Made by a program: the position numbers and the translations under genes. Shown here one piece after another: positions 30,051 through 39,399 of a DNA stretch of 64,000 nucleotides. This DNA comes from an uncultured Eubacteriales bacterium. Lineage in GTDB: Bacteria; Bacillota; Clostridia; Oscillospirales; CAG-382. Under the pieces are notes generated by a model. It worked only from the letters and a program-made list of their open reading frames with translations, made no database searches and was not told where the DNA came from. The stretch is taken from contig URVJ01000007.1 in the NCBI GenBank assembly GCA_900551295.1, forward strand, positions 20,560-84,559, read 5' to 3'. Position 1 is the first letter of the stretch. Each line of letters opens with the position of its first letter.

Positions 30051-33000
30051 ATGACAAATCGCAAAAAAAGCTCAAAACTTCTGCTGATTTTTGCAGTCGG
30101 CATACTGTCGGCGCTGCTTGCATTTTCCGTAAGCGCAAAAGGCGGAACAATGAGCGGAGACGGAAGCCGTGACAATCCTTATCTGATTGACGACGCGGCG
30201 GACCTTATCGCATTCCGCGACGAGGTAAACGTTCAGACCGCAGACGCTGCAAGTACGCTCTGCGCAAAGCTGACAGCCGATATCGACATATCGGACGCGG
30301 CGTGGACGCCGATTGGAAATTCGGGTTACGCAACTCAGGGCTATGCCGGAGTGTTCGACGGAGACGGTCATAAGATAAGCGGACTGAAGATCAGTTCTTC
30401 CGCGTCAAACCAGGGTCTTTTCGGCTATCTCGGTCTTGACGGCAGCGGAACAAACCGCGCGCTGATAAAGAATCTTGCCGTTTCGGGAACCGTTACCTCT
30501 TCGGGTAACTATATCGGCGGAATTGCGGGACAGATGACGTCCGCCGAGATCGTAAACTGCTCTTTTTCAGGCAGCGTTTCATCAAGCAGAAAAAAAGGTT
30601 CGAATGTCGGAGGAATAATCGGATATATCAATAATACCGATAACACAGGAAAAAATCCGAAACCGAGAGCGCTCATCAGCGGCTGCGCAAACAGTGCGGA
30701 CGTATCTACCGACGCAAAAGGCGTTGCCGGAGGTATTGTCGGTTACGCAAAGTTTATAGATATAGAAAACTGCTATAATACCGGAGATATTTACGGAACT
30801 TCGCGTTCGGGCGGTATTGCGGGACAGATGCAGAACAAGGTAAACGCCTCGAACTGCTATAATATAGGTGCTGTTTCGGGTACTTCCACAAGCGCAGACA
30901 TTGCGGACTTTATCTATAAGGGTTCGGAACTTATTAACTGCCATTATCTTGTAAAGGCATTCGGAACAGGTGTGGGAACCGCCGACGCGGACTGCGCAAA
31001 GATTGAAAGTGCAGAAGGACTTTCTGAACTTCTCGGCGAAGCTTTTGTTCAGGATAAAGACGGCGTAAACGGCGGTTATCCGATTCTTGCATGGCAGGCG
31101 GGCTCGGCAGGAGAGGTTAAAAACCCCCGTCTTGAGCTTATGGGCAATACCGTACTTAAAGTGCTTGACGGATTCAATACGGCTGATTTTTCCGTAAAGT
31201 TTGCCGATACGGAACCCTCTCATATCAACTGGAGCGTTGTTTCGGGAGAAAACGTAATCTCGGTTATTTATCCCGTAAATCCCGACGAATATAATACTTC
31301 CGTTGTTATAAAGGCAATAAATCCCGGTAAAGCCGTAATACAGGCTGCAACGGATGACGAAAGCCTGAAAGTAAGCGCGTATATAACCGTTCTTCCCGAA
31401 ATCACAGGACGTGAAATCGAAGGAATTGTAGCCGCGGGAAACACCGTAAGCGCAAAGATCACGGTTCTCGGCGCAAAGCCTTACGACTATGATAACTACC
31501 CCGAACTTGTATTCCAGTGGAAATATTTAACAAGCGAAGATTATCTTTCGGGCAATACCGGTTTTAACAGCTATAAGAGCATAAGCGGCGCAAACGACCG
31601 TACATTTACCATTCCCGAAAGCCTTGTCGGAGATTATCTGTCGTATACCGTAATGCTCGGCAGCGAAAGTTTTATGCCGTCGTCGCCGTACCTTGTAAAA
31701 TCAAGCGACGAGTATAATGTTGAAGCCGACTCTGACGCACTTGTCTTTGATTTTGATACTATAAAGACGGATATGCAGCTTGAACTTGCTTTAAAAGGAG
31801 CAAACGGCAGCACAATAGAATGGACAAGCGATAACCGTGACGTAATAAATTCAGAAACCGGCGCTGTTGTTCTTCCCAAGACCGGAAAAGTTACCGTAAC
31901 TCTTACCGCAGTCTTAAAGAGTGGCGAGGCAGTCAAGACAAAGACCTTTACTTTTGAAGTATATTCGTTAAAGCAGACACAGATAGAAATTGCCAATATG
32001 AAAAAGAGACTTAAAAACGGCATAAAGTCTCTCGGAAATTTCTATAAACTCTATCCCGTATACGGAACAGACACAAATGTTCTCGAAATGCTCTGCGATG
32101 ATATAAAGAACAGCAAAGAGCCTGAAATGACAGCGGCAATCGAGAGCATTGAAGAAGTTTACGGCGGCGCGGGAATTGCAGAAAACGGAGATATAACATA
32201 TTTCTATGCAGATCCCAATAACGCACCCAACGTTCATAACGGTTCTTTCAGAGTAACATTTGTATTCTCGCTCGGCGGTGAAACACAGAGCCTTGAAGTG
32301 CCGGTTATAATACCGTGGAACGCAGAGCTTGTAAAACAGGCTATGACGGAGCAGATACTCCCCGAAATTGCACTTCCGTCGTATACCGAACAGAATATTT
32401 CACTTCCCGTGTGCGCCGATGGCAAACTCTGGGCGCTTGCAAGCTGGACTACCTCAGATGAAACTGCAGTAAGCATAAATACCGTCAAAAAGTCGGCGAA
32501 TGAAAGATTTTCACCCGATACCGGCATTATTTATCCCGGACTTGAAGAAAAACACGTAAAACTCACGGCGGCTGTAACATTCGGATTTACAAATGCCTCG
32601 ATAAATGAGCCTGAAATAGTTCTCTATAAGACTTTTGATGTAACTGTCGGAAAGATCGACGAGGATACCGCGGAGAAGATAAAGACCGACCTTGAAAAAA
32701 AGCTTGAAAACGGACTTGAAAAGGCAGGGCTCCGCGACGCCGCAACGGGAAAGGCTCTTGAAATAAACGACGGAGTTTATACCGCAGTCAACGATATACT
32801 CTATCCCACAACACGCGACTTTAAGATTGACGGTAAATATTATCCCGTAACCATAAAGAGCGATAATGAGGACGTAATTGTATCTCCCGACGCAAATAAC
32901 GCCGCAAGAACAACGGTTTACCGTCCTATGCCCGGAGAAGAGCCTGCAAAGGCAAACGTAACGCTTACAATTCTCGATAAATCGAGCGGAGTATCTGTTT

Positions 33001-34583
33001 CAAAGACTTTTGCCGTTGAAGTAAAGCCGCTTACGGATGAAGAGATCGAAAGCGAAAGAAAACTTCTCAAAAAAGTTTCCGAATCCGTATTCGACGGTAT
33101 AAAAGCAAGGAACAAGGAAACCGGCGATATTCGCTATGACCTTTCGGCATTTACCGAAGTATATGAGAATAACGGAAAGCTCGTCTTTGTATATTCAAAC
33201 GACAAAATGACGGGTTCGGGCATTGTTCCGACCGCGCTTGAAGGCTGGGAAGAACTTGAGGCATGGAGACTTTTCAGATCTTCCAATCCCGCAAGCATAT
33301 CTCACGAAAACCTTAAAGTAACAATTAACGATAAGGCAAAGGACGTAACTCTGACGACCGCCCTTTCGAGCGAAACACTCGGAAAATACGGCGAGCTTTA
33401 TAAGAAAAATCCAGTAAAGTACAAAAAGTACGAATCCGTCGCCGATCTTTACTATAATTTAGTTACATTAAATCTCACCGTGCGCGGAAAATCCACGCCT
33501 GCCGGAGCAAAGCCTCTCGGCGAGAGCGAAAAGATAACCGTAACCTTTAAGCTTCTCGGTGCGGACAAGAACGAGCTTATCAAAAAGACGACGCTTGCAA
33601 ACCTTGACGAAACAGTGACCGCGTTTGACGTGTTCAAGACCGTGCTTAAAGCCGAAAACTTCACGTATGAGGGTTCGGGCAGCTATGTTTCGGCAATTAC
33701 CGACGCAGACGGAAATAGACTCGGTGAGTTTGACTACGGAAAGTACTCGGGCTGGATGTATAAGGTCAACGGCAAGATACCCGATTATGTAATGACGGCT
33801 TGCGGACTCAAAAACGGCGACGATGTCGTAATGTTCTACACAAAGGATTATAACGAGCTGTTCACGAACTCCGGCAGCGGTTCTTCGGGTATGGGTTCTG
33901 ATAACGATACCAAAAAGGACAACGAAAAGTCAGACGGAAAGACGGATGAAAAACCGGCTGACGGCAATACCGAAAAAGATAATGAAACAAATCCCGGCAG
34001 CGAAAAGGCCGAAATAAAGTATTCCGACGTGACGGGACACTGGGCAAACGACGAAATAGCAAAGGTAAGCGGATCGGGACTCATGAACGGTGTTTCTGAA
34101 ACCGAATTTTCACCCGATACTACCCTTACAAGAGCAATGTTCGCGACGATTCTTTACAGGTTTGCTTCTGACGGAAACTCCGATGTAAATACCGAAAAGC
34201 AGGTATTTTCCGATGTTGCAGGGGACGCATGGTACTCGGCGGCTGTCGTATGGTGCGCGGACGGAAAAATAATCCTCGGTGTTGCTGAGAATACATTTGC
34301 ACCCGATAACTTCATCACTCGCGAGCAGATGGCGCTTATACTTTACAGATACGCACTGTCTCTCGGTGAAACCGAAAAGACGGATACGGAAAACCGGAAG
34401 CCTGCTTTCTCTGATACCGATACGCTGTCTGACGAGTCAAAAGCCGCAATCAAATGGGCGAGCGAAAACGGACTTGTAACCGGACTTCCCGACGGACGCT
34501 TTGCTCCGAAGGACAACGTAACCCGTGCGCAGTGCGCCGCAGTATTCGCAAGAGCACTCGGCTGCAAGGTTCTCGGCAAGTAA
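30051..34583 (+). CDS. Giant SLH-anchored surface protein: GLUG-motif region, Ig-like domains, DUF4430 (transcobalamin-like C-terminal) module, three C-terminal SLH domains
   Basis: Signal peptide MTNRKKSSKLLLIFAVGILSALLAFSVSA. Repeated GGIAGQM/GGIIGY/GGIVGYA GLUG motifs and a Big_2-like domain (VIKAINPGKAVIQAATDD). The DUF4430 signature is TVTFKLLGADKNE...TAFDVFKTVL...GSYVSAITD...YSGWMYKVNGKIPDYVMTACGLKNGDDVVMFYTKDY. Three SLH repeats (YSDVTGHWANDEI..., FSDVAGDAWYSAAV..., FSDTDTLSDESKAAIKWA...). ATG at 30051 is preferred over TTG at 30018. Confidence 0.85.
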   Translation: MTNRKKSSKLLLIFAVGILSALLAFSVSAKGGTMSGDGSRDNPYLIDDAADLIAFRDEVNVQTADAASTLCAKLTADIDISDAAWTPIGNSGYATQGYAGVFDGDGHKISGLKISSSASNQGLFGYLGLDGSGTNRALIKNLAVSGTVTSSGNYIGGIAGQMTSAEIVNCSFSGSVSSSRKKGSNVGGIIGYINNTDNTGKNPKPRALISGCANSADVSTDAKGVAGGIVGYAKFIDIENCYNTGDIYGTSRSGGIAGQMQNKVNASNCYNIGAVSGTSTSADIADFIYKGSELINCHYLVKAFGTGVGTADADCAKIESAEGLSELLGEAFVQDKDGVNGGYPILAWQAGSAGEVKNPRLELMGNTVLKVLDGFNTADFSVKFADTEPSHINWSVVSGENVISVIYPVNPDEYNTSVVIKAINPGKAVIQAATDDESLKVSAYITVLPEITGREIEGIVAAGNTVSAKITVLGAKPYDYDNYPELVFQWKYLTSEDYLSGNTGFNSYKSISGANDRTFTIPESLVGDYLSYTVMLGSESFMPSSPYLVKSSDEYNVEADSDALVFDFDTIKTDMQLELALKGANGSTIEWTSDNRDVINSETGAVVLPKTGKVTVTLTAVLKSGEAVKTKTFTFEVYSLKQTQIEIANMKKRLKNGIKSLGNFYKLYPVYGTDTNVLEMLCDDIKNSKEPEMTAAIESIEEVYGGAGIAENGDITYFYADPNNAPNVHNGSFRVTFVFSLGGETQSLEVPVIIPWNAELVKQAMTEQILPEIALPSYTEQNISLPVCADGKLWALASWTTSDETAVSINTVKKSANERFSPDTGIIYPGLEEKHVKLTAAVTFGFTNASINEPEIVLYKTFDVTVGKIDEDTAEKIKTDLEKKLENGLEKAGLRDAATGKALEINDGVYTAVNDILYPTTRDFKIDGKYYPVTIKSDNEDVIVSPDANNAARTTVYRPMPGEEPAKANVTLTILDKSSGVSVSKTFAVEVKPLTDEEIESERKLLKKVSESVFDGIKARNKETGDIRYDLSAFTEVYENNGKLVFVYSNDKMTGSGIVPTALEGWEELEAWRLFRSSNPASISHENLKVTINDKAKDVTLTTALSSETLGKYGELYKKNPVKYKKYESVADLYYNLVTLNLTVRGKSTPAGAKPLGESEKITVTFKLLGADKNELIKKTTLANLDETVTAFDVFKTVLKAENFTYEGSGSYVSAITDADGNRLGEFDYGKYSGWMYKVNGKIPDYVMTACGLKNGDDVVMFYTKDYNELFTNSGSGSSGMGSDNDTKKDNEKSDGKTDEKPADGNTEKDNETNPGSEKAEIKYSDVTGHWANDEIAKVSGSGLMNGVSETEFSPDTTLTRAMFATILYRFASDGNSDVNTEKQVFSDVAGDAWYSAAVVWCADGKIILGVAENTFAPDNFITREQMALILYRYALSLGETEKTDTENRKPAFSDTDTLSDESKAAIKWASENGLVTGLPDGRFAPKDNVTRAQCAAVFARALGCKVLGK

Positions 34584-34609
34584 TTACATACCAAAGGCAT
34601 AAACAGTGA

Positions 34610-34645
34610 CACTCCGTTCGTAAATTTCGTTCGGAGTGTTTTTTT
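34610..34645 (+). terminator. Rho-independent terminator
   Basis: CACTCCG...CGGAGTG hairpin followed by a T7 run. Confidence 0.75.
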
Positions 34646-34736
34646 GACAATGCGTGCGTATTTTTGAAAAAATATATGTAAAAACACGGCAATTTTTCAT
34701 AATTTGTGCCTTTTTTGAATATTTGTCTGCGTATTG

Positions 34737-34765
34737 TTGCATTTGTTCGGGCAGTGTGATAAAAT
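34737..34765 (+). promoter_or_regulatory. Candidate sigma-70 promoter of the G1PDH-like operon
   Basis: TTGCAT-N17-TAAAAT, 55 nt before the ATG at 34820. Confidence 0.4.
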
Positions 34766-34819
34766 GAGCGTGAAAAAAGAGTGAATCTTGCTCATAAACG
34801 GAAAAACAAGGAGAAAAAA

Positions 34820-36079
34820 ATGTCAAAGATTCTGAATATTATACGCGATTTCAAAAAGGAATGTCCCTGCGGAAGAAAGCACGAAACGGCGATACAGGAC
34901 GTTGTAATAGAATCGGGGGCTGTGAATTTTGTCGGAGATGTGCTTAGAAGAAACGGCTTTTCAAAAAAGCTGTTACTTGTTGCGGACAAAAACACGCTTA
35001 AAGCCGCGGACGGCATACAGAACAGCCTTTCCGGCTTTGACGTCGAATATAAGCTTTACGATAATCTGCGCCTTGCGGATATGGAAAACGTAGAGTGCAT
35101 AGAAAAGCTTATAGCAGACAGAGACATTTCGGTTCTGTCCGTAGGAACAGGCTCTCTTAACGATATCTGCCGCCTTGCATGCGCAAGACAGGATAAAAAG
35201 CTGTGTATCTTCGGAACGGCTCCGTCAATGGACGGCTTTGCTTCTTACGGCGCGCCGATAGTGTGTGACGGCTTTAAATCGTCGTATTCCGCAAAAAGCC
35301 CGGATGTAATAATAGGAGATACAAAAATTCTCGCCGCATCTCCGAATGAGCTTAAAGCAGCAGGTTTCGGCGATATGATGGCAAAATATATAGGTCTTGT
35401 CGACTGGCAGGTGTCTTCTCTGCTTACGGGCGAATACTACTGCGAAAGAATAGCGGCGCTTACAAGAAGCGCGACTGACGAACTCTTTAATCTCGCTGAT
35501 AAAGTAACGGCGAACGACGAGTATACCGCAGGAAAGATCTTCGAGTCTCTTTTAAAGACAGGAATAGGCATGAGCTTTTCACAGAATTCCCGTCCGGCAA
35601 GCGGCAGCGAACATATAATTTCCCACCTTATCGAGTGCGTTCAGCTGCGCGACGGCATTCTGCCCAACTTCCACGGTGAGGATATAGGCGTCTGCACGCT
35701 TGAAATGTTAAAATACTATAATGAGCTTGCGGAGCATAAGACGATAAAGACAAAGAAAGAAAACGTCGATTGGGACGATGTGTATAAATTCTACGGCAGC
35801 ATGGCGGACAACGTTAAGAAACTCAATTCCCCGCATAACGTCGTTGATGACGTCGATAAGGACGTGCTTCGCGAACGCTGGGGCGATATTGTGAATATTA
35901 TACACAGTGTGCCGGATTACAACAGCGTAAAAGAGGCTATGGTCAAGGCTCATTGCAAGATTACGGTTGACGATATAGGAAAAGACAAGACGCTTTTTGA
36001 TAACTGCGTAAAGTATTCGCCGTATATGAGACACCGCCTCACGCTTCTCAGACTTAAAGACATGATTGTAACCGAGTAA
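34820..36079 (+). CDS. Iron-containing alcohol dehydrogenase family protein, sn-glycerol-1-phosphate dehydrogenase-like (AraM/EgsA-like)
   Basis: Fe-ADH_2-type pattern: LLLVADKNT, GTGSLNDICR, APSMDGFAS, GFGDMMAKY, SGSEHIISH. ATG at 34820 follows AAGGAG. Confidence 0.7.
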   Translation: MSKILNIIRDFKKECPCGRKHETAIQDVVIESGAVNFVGDVLRRNGFSKKLLLVADKNTLKAADGIQNSLSGFDVEYKLYDNLRLADMENVECIEKLIADRDISVLSVGTGSLNDICRLACARQDKKLCIFGTAPSMDGFASYGAPIVCDGFKSSYSAKSPDVIIGDTKILAASPNELKAAGFGDMMAKYIGLVDWQVSSLLTGEYYCERIAALTRSATDELFNLADKVTANDEYTAGKIFESLLKTGIGMSFSQNSRPASGSEHIISHLIECVQLRDGILPNFHGEDIGVCTLEMLKYYNELAEHKTIKTKKENVDWDDVYKFYGSMADNVKKLNSPHNVVDDVDKDVLRERWGDIVNIIHSVPDYNSVKEAMVKAHCKITVDDIGKDKTLFDNCVKYSPYMRHRLTLLRLKDMIVTE

Positions 36080-36105
36080 TTTTTCGGCTTTCGGGAGAAA
36101 AACGT

Positions 36106-36732
36106 ATGTTTGACGGACTTATAATTCTGCTTGAAATGATAGGCGTTGTCGCCTTTGCGGTTTCCGGTGCCATAACGGCAATAGAAAAGAAAATGGACAT
36201 ATACGGAGTGGCGGTTCTGGGATTTACGACGGCTGTCGGAGGAGGAGTTCTGCGCGATGTACTTCTCGGACTTACACCGCCAATGATGTTCAGAGATCCC
36301 AAATACGCTCTTGTCGCGGTAATTGTGTCAATCGCCGTCTTTGTGCCGTCGGTGCGCAGAATTATAATGAAAGATGAGAAAATATACGATATGATAATGC
36401 TTATAAGCGACTCGATAGGACTCGGAGTGTTTACCGTAACCGGCATACAGACGGCAAGCGCCGCGTGTTCGGAACGCAACGTGTTTCTGTTCGTGTTTGT
36501 CGGAGTGCTTACCGGCGTCGGCGGAGGAGTAATGCGGGATTTGTTCTCGCAGAGCCGTCCTTACATATTCGTAAAGCATTTTTACGCATGCGCGTCGATG
36601 ATAGGCGCGATTGTCTGCGTCTGTTTGTGGGACATTGCAGGGAACGCCGCGGCAATGCTTACAGGCGCGTTGTGCATAGTGGCACTGAGACTTGCGGCAG
36701 CCCATTTCAGATGGAAATTGCCGAAAGCATGA
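36106..36732 (+). CDS. TRIC-like / UPF0126 (YadS/YicG) membrane protein
   Basis: Two UPF0126 repeats, with GGGVLRDVLLG and GGGVMRDLF motifs, and seven hydrophobic segments. Confidence 0.8.
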   Translation: MFDGLIILLEMIGVVAFAVSGAITAIEKKMDIYGVAVLGFTTAVGGGVLRDVLLGLTPPMMFRDPKYALVAVIVSIAVFVPSVRRIIMKDEKIYDMIMLISDSIGLGVFTVTGIQTASAACSERNVFLFVFVGVLTGVGGGVMRDLFSQSRPYIFVKHFYACASMIGAIVCVCLWDIAGNAAAMLTGALCIVALRLAAAHFRWKLPKA

Positions 36733-36774
36733 GAACAAATCTGTAAATCTTTTTGTGTTAAAGGAGAAATAAAT

Positions 36775-37491
36775 ATGTCAGACTCAAAAACTTCAACAAT
36801 GCTTATAGCGCACAGAGGATTTTCCGCGCTTGAAACCGAAAACACGGCGGCAGCGTTTGTCGCAGCCGGAAACAGGGACTATTTCGGAATTGAGACCGAC
36901 GTTCATGTAACGCGCGACGGAAAATTTGCGATCATTCACGACGACGATACAAAGAGAGTTGCCGGAGTTGATTTTTCCGTTGAAAACAGCACATTTGCGG
37001 AACTTTCAAAGCTGAAACTTAAGGATAAGTACGGCGAAACAAGAAGAGATCTCGTAATACCCGAACTTTCGGACTATATCAAAATCTGTAAATTCTATAA
37101 AAAGACCGCCGTGCTTGAGCTTAAAAATCCCATGACGGCGGATAGCATACGCGGTATAACCGACTGTATCAAAAAGTATGACTATATTGAAAATACAGTG
37201 TTTATATCGTTTGCGTTCGATAATCTTGTCGAGGTCAGAAAGCTCTATCCGGACGCAGCCGTACAGTTTTTGTGCGGAAAGATTTCCGACGAACTTGTAA
37301 ATAAGCTTGCCGAACACAAATTTGACGTTGACGCTTATTATGAGTATATAGATAAAGAGATTTGCGAAAAGCTCCATAAACACGGTATAAAGATCAACTG
37401 CTATACCGTTGACTCCGAAAAGGACGCAAAGCGCTGCCTTGAATGCGGAGTCGATTACATTACGTCAAACTGTCTTTCCGAACTCGATTAA
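36775..37491 (+). CDS. Glycerophosphodiester phosphodiesterase
   Basis: LIAHRGFSALETENTAAAF...FGIETDVHVTRDGKFAIIHDDD is the GDPD signature. Confidence 0.85.
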   Translation: MSDSKTSTMLIAHRGFSALETENTAAAFVAAGNRDYFGIETDVHVTRDGKFAIIHDDDTKRVAGVDFSVENSTFAELSKLKLKDKYGETRRDLVIPELSDYIKICKFYKKTAVLELKNPMTADSIRGITDCIKKYDYIENTVFISFAFDNLVEVRKLYPDAAVQFLCGKISDELVNKLAEHKFDVDAYYEYIDKEICEKLHKHGIKINCYTVDSEKDAKRCLECGVDYITSNCLSELD

Positions 37492-37505
37492 GAATCGGGA
37501 AAAAA

Positions 37506-39197
37506 TCAGAACAGCTCAAAAGCGAATACCCTGAAATCTTCACAGCCGTGGGTGCAAAGCGGAATAAGCCTTGCCGAAACGGCTTTTTTGTTTATGCAAA
37601 GACGGACGAAACGCTGATAATTTCCGCGAATTTCGATTTTTTCCGTACTTCCGTTTTCGAGAGTAAGCTCAATGTCAAAATCCTTTATAAGCGTTTCCGG
37701 CGTTCTGAAACGCGTTTCGCCGAGATAATAGTGAGAGGGCATATTGTGAAAAGGTCTGTTTAAGTCGCTGTCAAATACAAGAGTTATGCCGTTTATGAAT
37801 TCGGGCTTTTCAAAGACGTACTGCGGTGCGTCGCCTTTCTTTAATATACAGACATTCTGTTCGCCGCGGCTTATTCCGTTTCTTAAAACTGCGTATTTTT
37901 CGTCAAGATTTGCTTTTTCGGTAAGCTTGGAAAGTTTTCTTTTGACGCCGGGCAAAAAGCAGTCGTCGTCCATCAGCGTCTGCTGGAGAAAATCTATGTC
38001 AAGCGTTCTCGTGGAAGAGCCTTGACTTGTCATGACGTATGCCGCAGTTCCGACAGCCTGACCGAGAATTGCGCAGGTGGACATAACGCGGCTCGAACTG
38101 AGGGCTGCGTGGGTTACGCTTATGTTTCGTCCTGCAAACATGAGATTTTTTATGTTCTTTGAATAAAGCGCTCTCCACGGAATAGTCCACGGAGTCGGCG
38201 CAGGGTGGTATATAGTCGGGTGTCCGCCGTCGAAATAAAAACCTTCGGGAAAGTGGTCGTCCATAGTCCAGCCGGCATATGCAACGGTGTCCGGAAAGTT
38301 TCCGCCGGATTCCACGTCGTTTTGCGTAATTACATGATCGCCTACATAGCGTCTGCTTTCGCGCTTTCCGGGAAGAAATCCCACCCAGTCAAGCTCAAAG
38401 TTTTCAAAATCTGTCTTTTCGCCGTTCTTTACAAAGTCCCATACTCCGAAAGCTATCTTCATAAGCTCATCGCGGCACTTGTCGGTGTCGTGTATGCAGT
38501 CGCCCATGCCGCCGTACTCTATCCACCAGAAATTCGTATCTCTGCCGTAGCCTTTGCTTTTGAGCTTTGAACCGTCTATCTTGTATGCCCACGTCGGAGC
38601 TTTGAAGGGTACGGGGTGATCTGTTTCTCTGCCCATGATAAGGCAAGACATACCCATGGTGTGACTGTCTGCAGCGTCGGGAGGAATGGTTTCGCCAAAG
38701 TCGGATTTCGCCTCGCGCCCGTACATGTATTCCGCACCCGTGATAGGCGCAAGAATCGAGTCGCCCGAACAGTCGGCAAAATAGTCTGCATTTATAATAT
38801 GATATGTTTCGGAATTGAGCGTCCAGCCCGTGACGCTTTTTATAACGCCGCCGGTTACTTCTGCTTTCTGACAAGTGCAGTTTAGCAAAAAAGTAAGATT
38901 TTCCTGCGTGAGCGCCTTTCCGTACAGAACGCTGTCCCATACCGAAAAGGACAGGTTCGGGTTCATGGCAAAATTTTCGAGAAACAGCTCCTCTGTAATG
39001 CCTGTTTCGCGGTTGTCTTTGCCGTGGCTGCCGCAGACGTGCATTCTTATCTCGCTTGAGGCGTTTCCGCCGAATACCGGTCTGTCCTGCATGATTATTG
39101 TCTTTACGCCGTGCCGTGCCGCTGCAAGCGCTGCGCATAAGCCTGCCATGCCGCCGCCGATTACGCAAAACTGCGCCGAATGTGTAACGGTTTTCAT
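37506..39197 (-). CDS. FAD-dependent oxidoreductase (PF12831-like)
   Basis: N-terminal dinucleotide fold FCVIGGGMAGLCAALAAARHGVKTIIMQDRPVFGGNASSE. 563 aa. Confidence 0.8.
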   Translation of the reverse strand: MKTVTHSAQFCVIGGGMAGLCAALAAARHGVKTIIMQDRPVFGGNASSEIRMHVCGSHGKDNRETGITEELFLENFAMNPNLSFSVWDSVLYGKALTQENLTFLLNCTCQKAEVTGGVIKSVTGWTLNSETYHIINADYFADCSGDSILAPITGAEYMYGREAKSDFGETIPPDAADSHTMGMSCLIMGRETDHPVPFKAPTWAYKIDGSKLKSKGYGRDTNFWWIEYGGMGDCIHDTDKCRDELMKIAFGVWDFVKNGEKTDFENFELDWVGFLPGKRESRRYVGDHVITQNDVESGGNFPDTVAYAGWTMDDHFPEGFYFDGGHPTIYHPAPTPWTIPWRALYSKNIKNLMFAGRNISVTHAALSSSRVMSTCAILGQAVGTAAYVMTSQGSSTRTLDIDFLQQTLMDDDCFLPGVKRKLSKLTEKANLDEKYAVLRNGISRGEQNVCILKKGDAPQYVFEKPEFINGITLVFDSDLNRPFHNMPSHYYLGETRFRTPETLIKDFDIELTLENGSTEKIEIRGNYQRFVRLCINKKAVSARLIPLCTHGCEDFRVFAFELF

Positions 39198-39399
39198 ATA
39201 TATGTGTCCTCCGCTTTGCTTTTTTCTTTATAATACCATAAACAGCTGTGATTTTCCATGACAATACTGCCGTAAAAATTTAAAATCCTGCACTATTTTT
39301 ATTTTTTGCAAAAATGACGGAACTTGTCGGAAAACTGTACGTCATACAGAGTGTAAAGCAAGTAACATAAAGCAAAATTCAATGAAAGCAGGTAACTTT

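Noticed and set aside
38467-39264. 265-aa minus-strand ORF in an alternative frame of the FAD oxidoreductase gene. Similar long alternative-frame ORFs occur at 8671-9480, 20873-21550 and 30582-31223.
   Set aside because: The products are Arg- or Cys-rich and low-complexity. The ORFs are embedded in, or antisense to, genes with clear family signatures. None has independent start signals.
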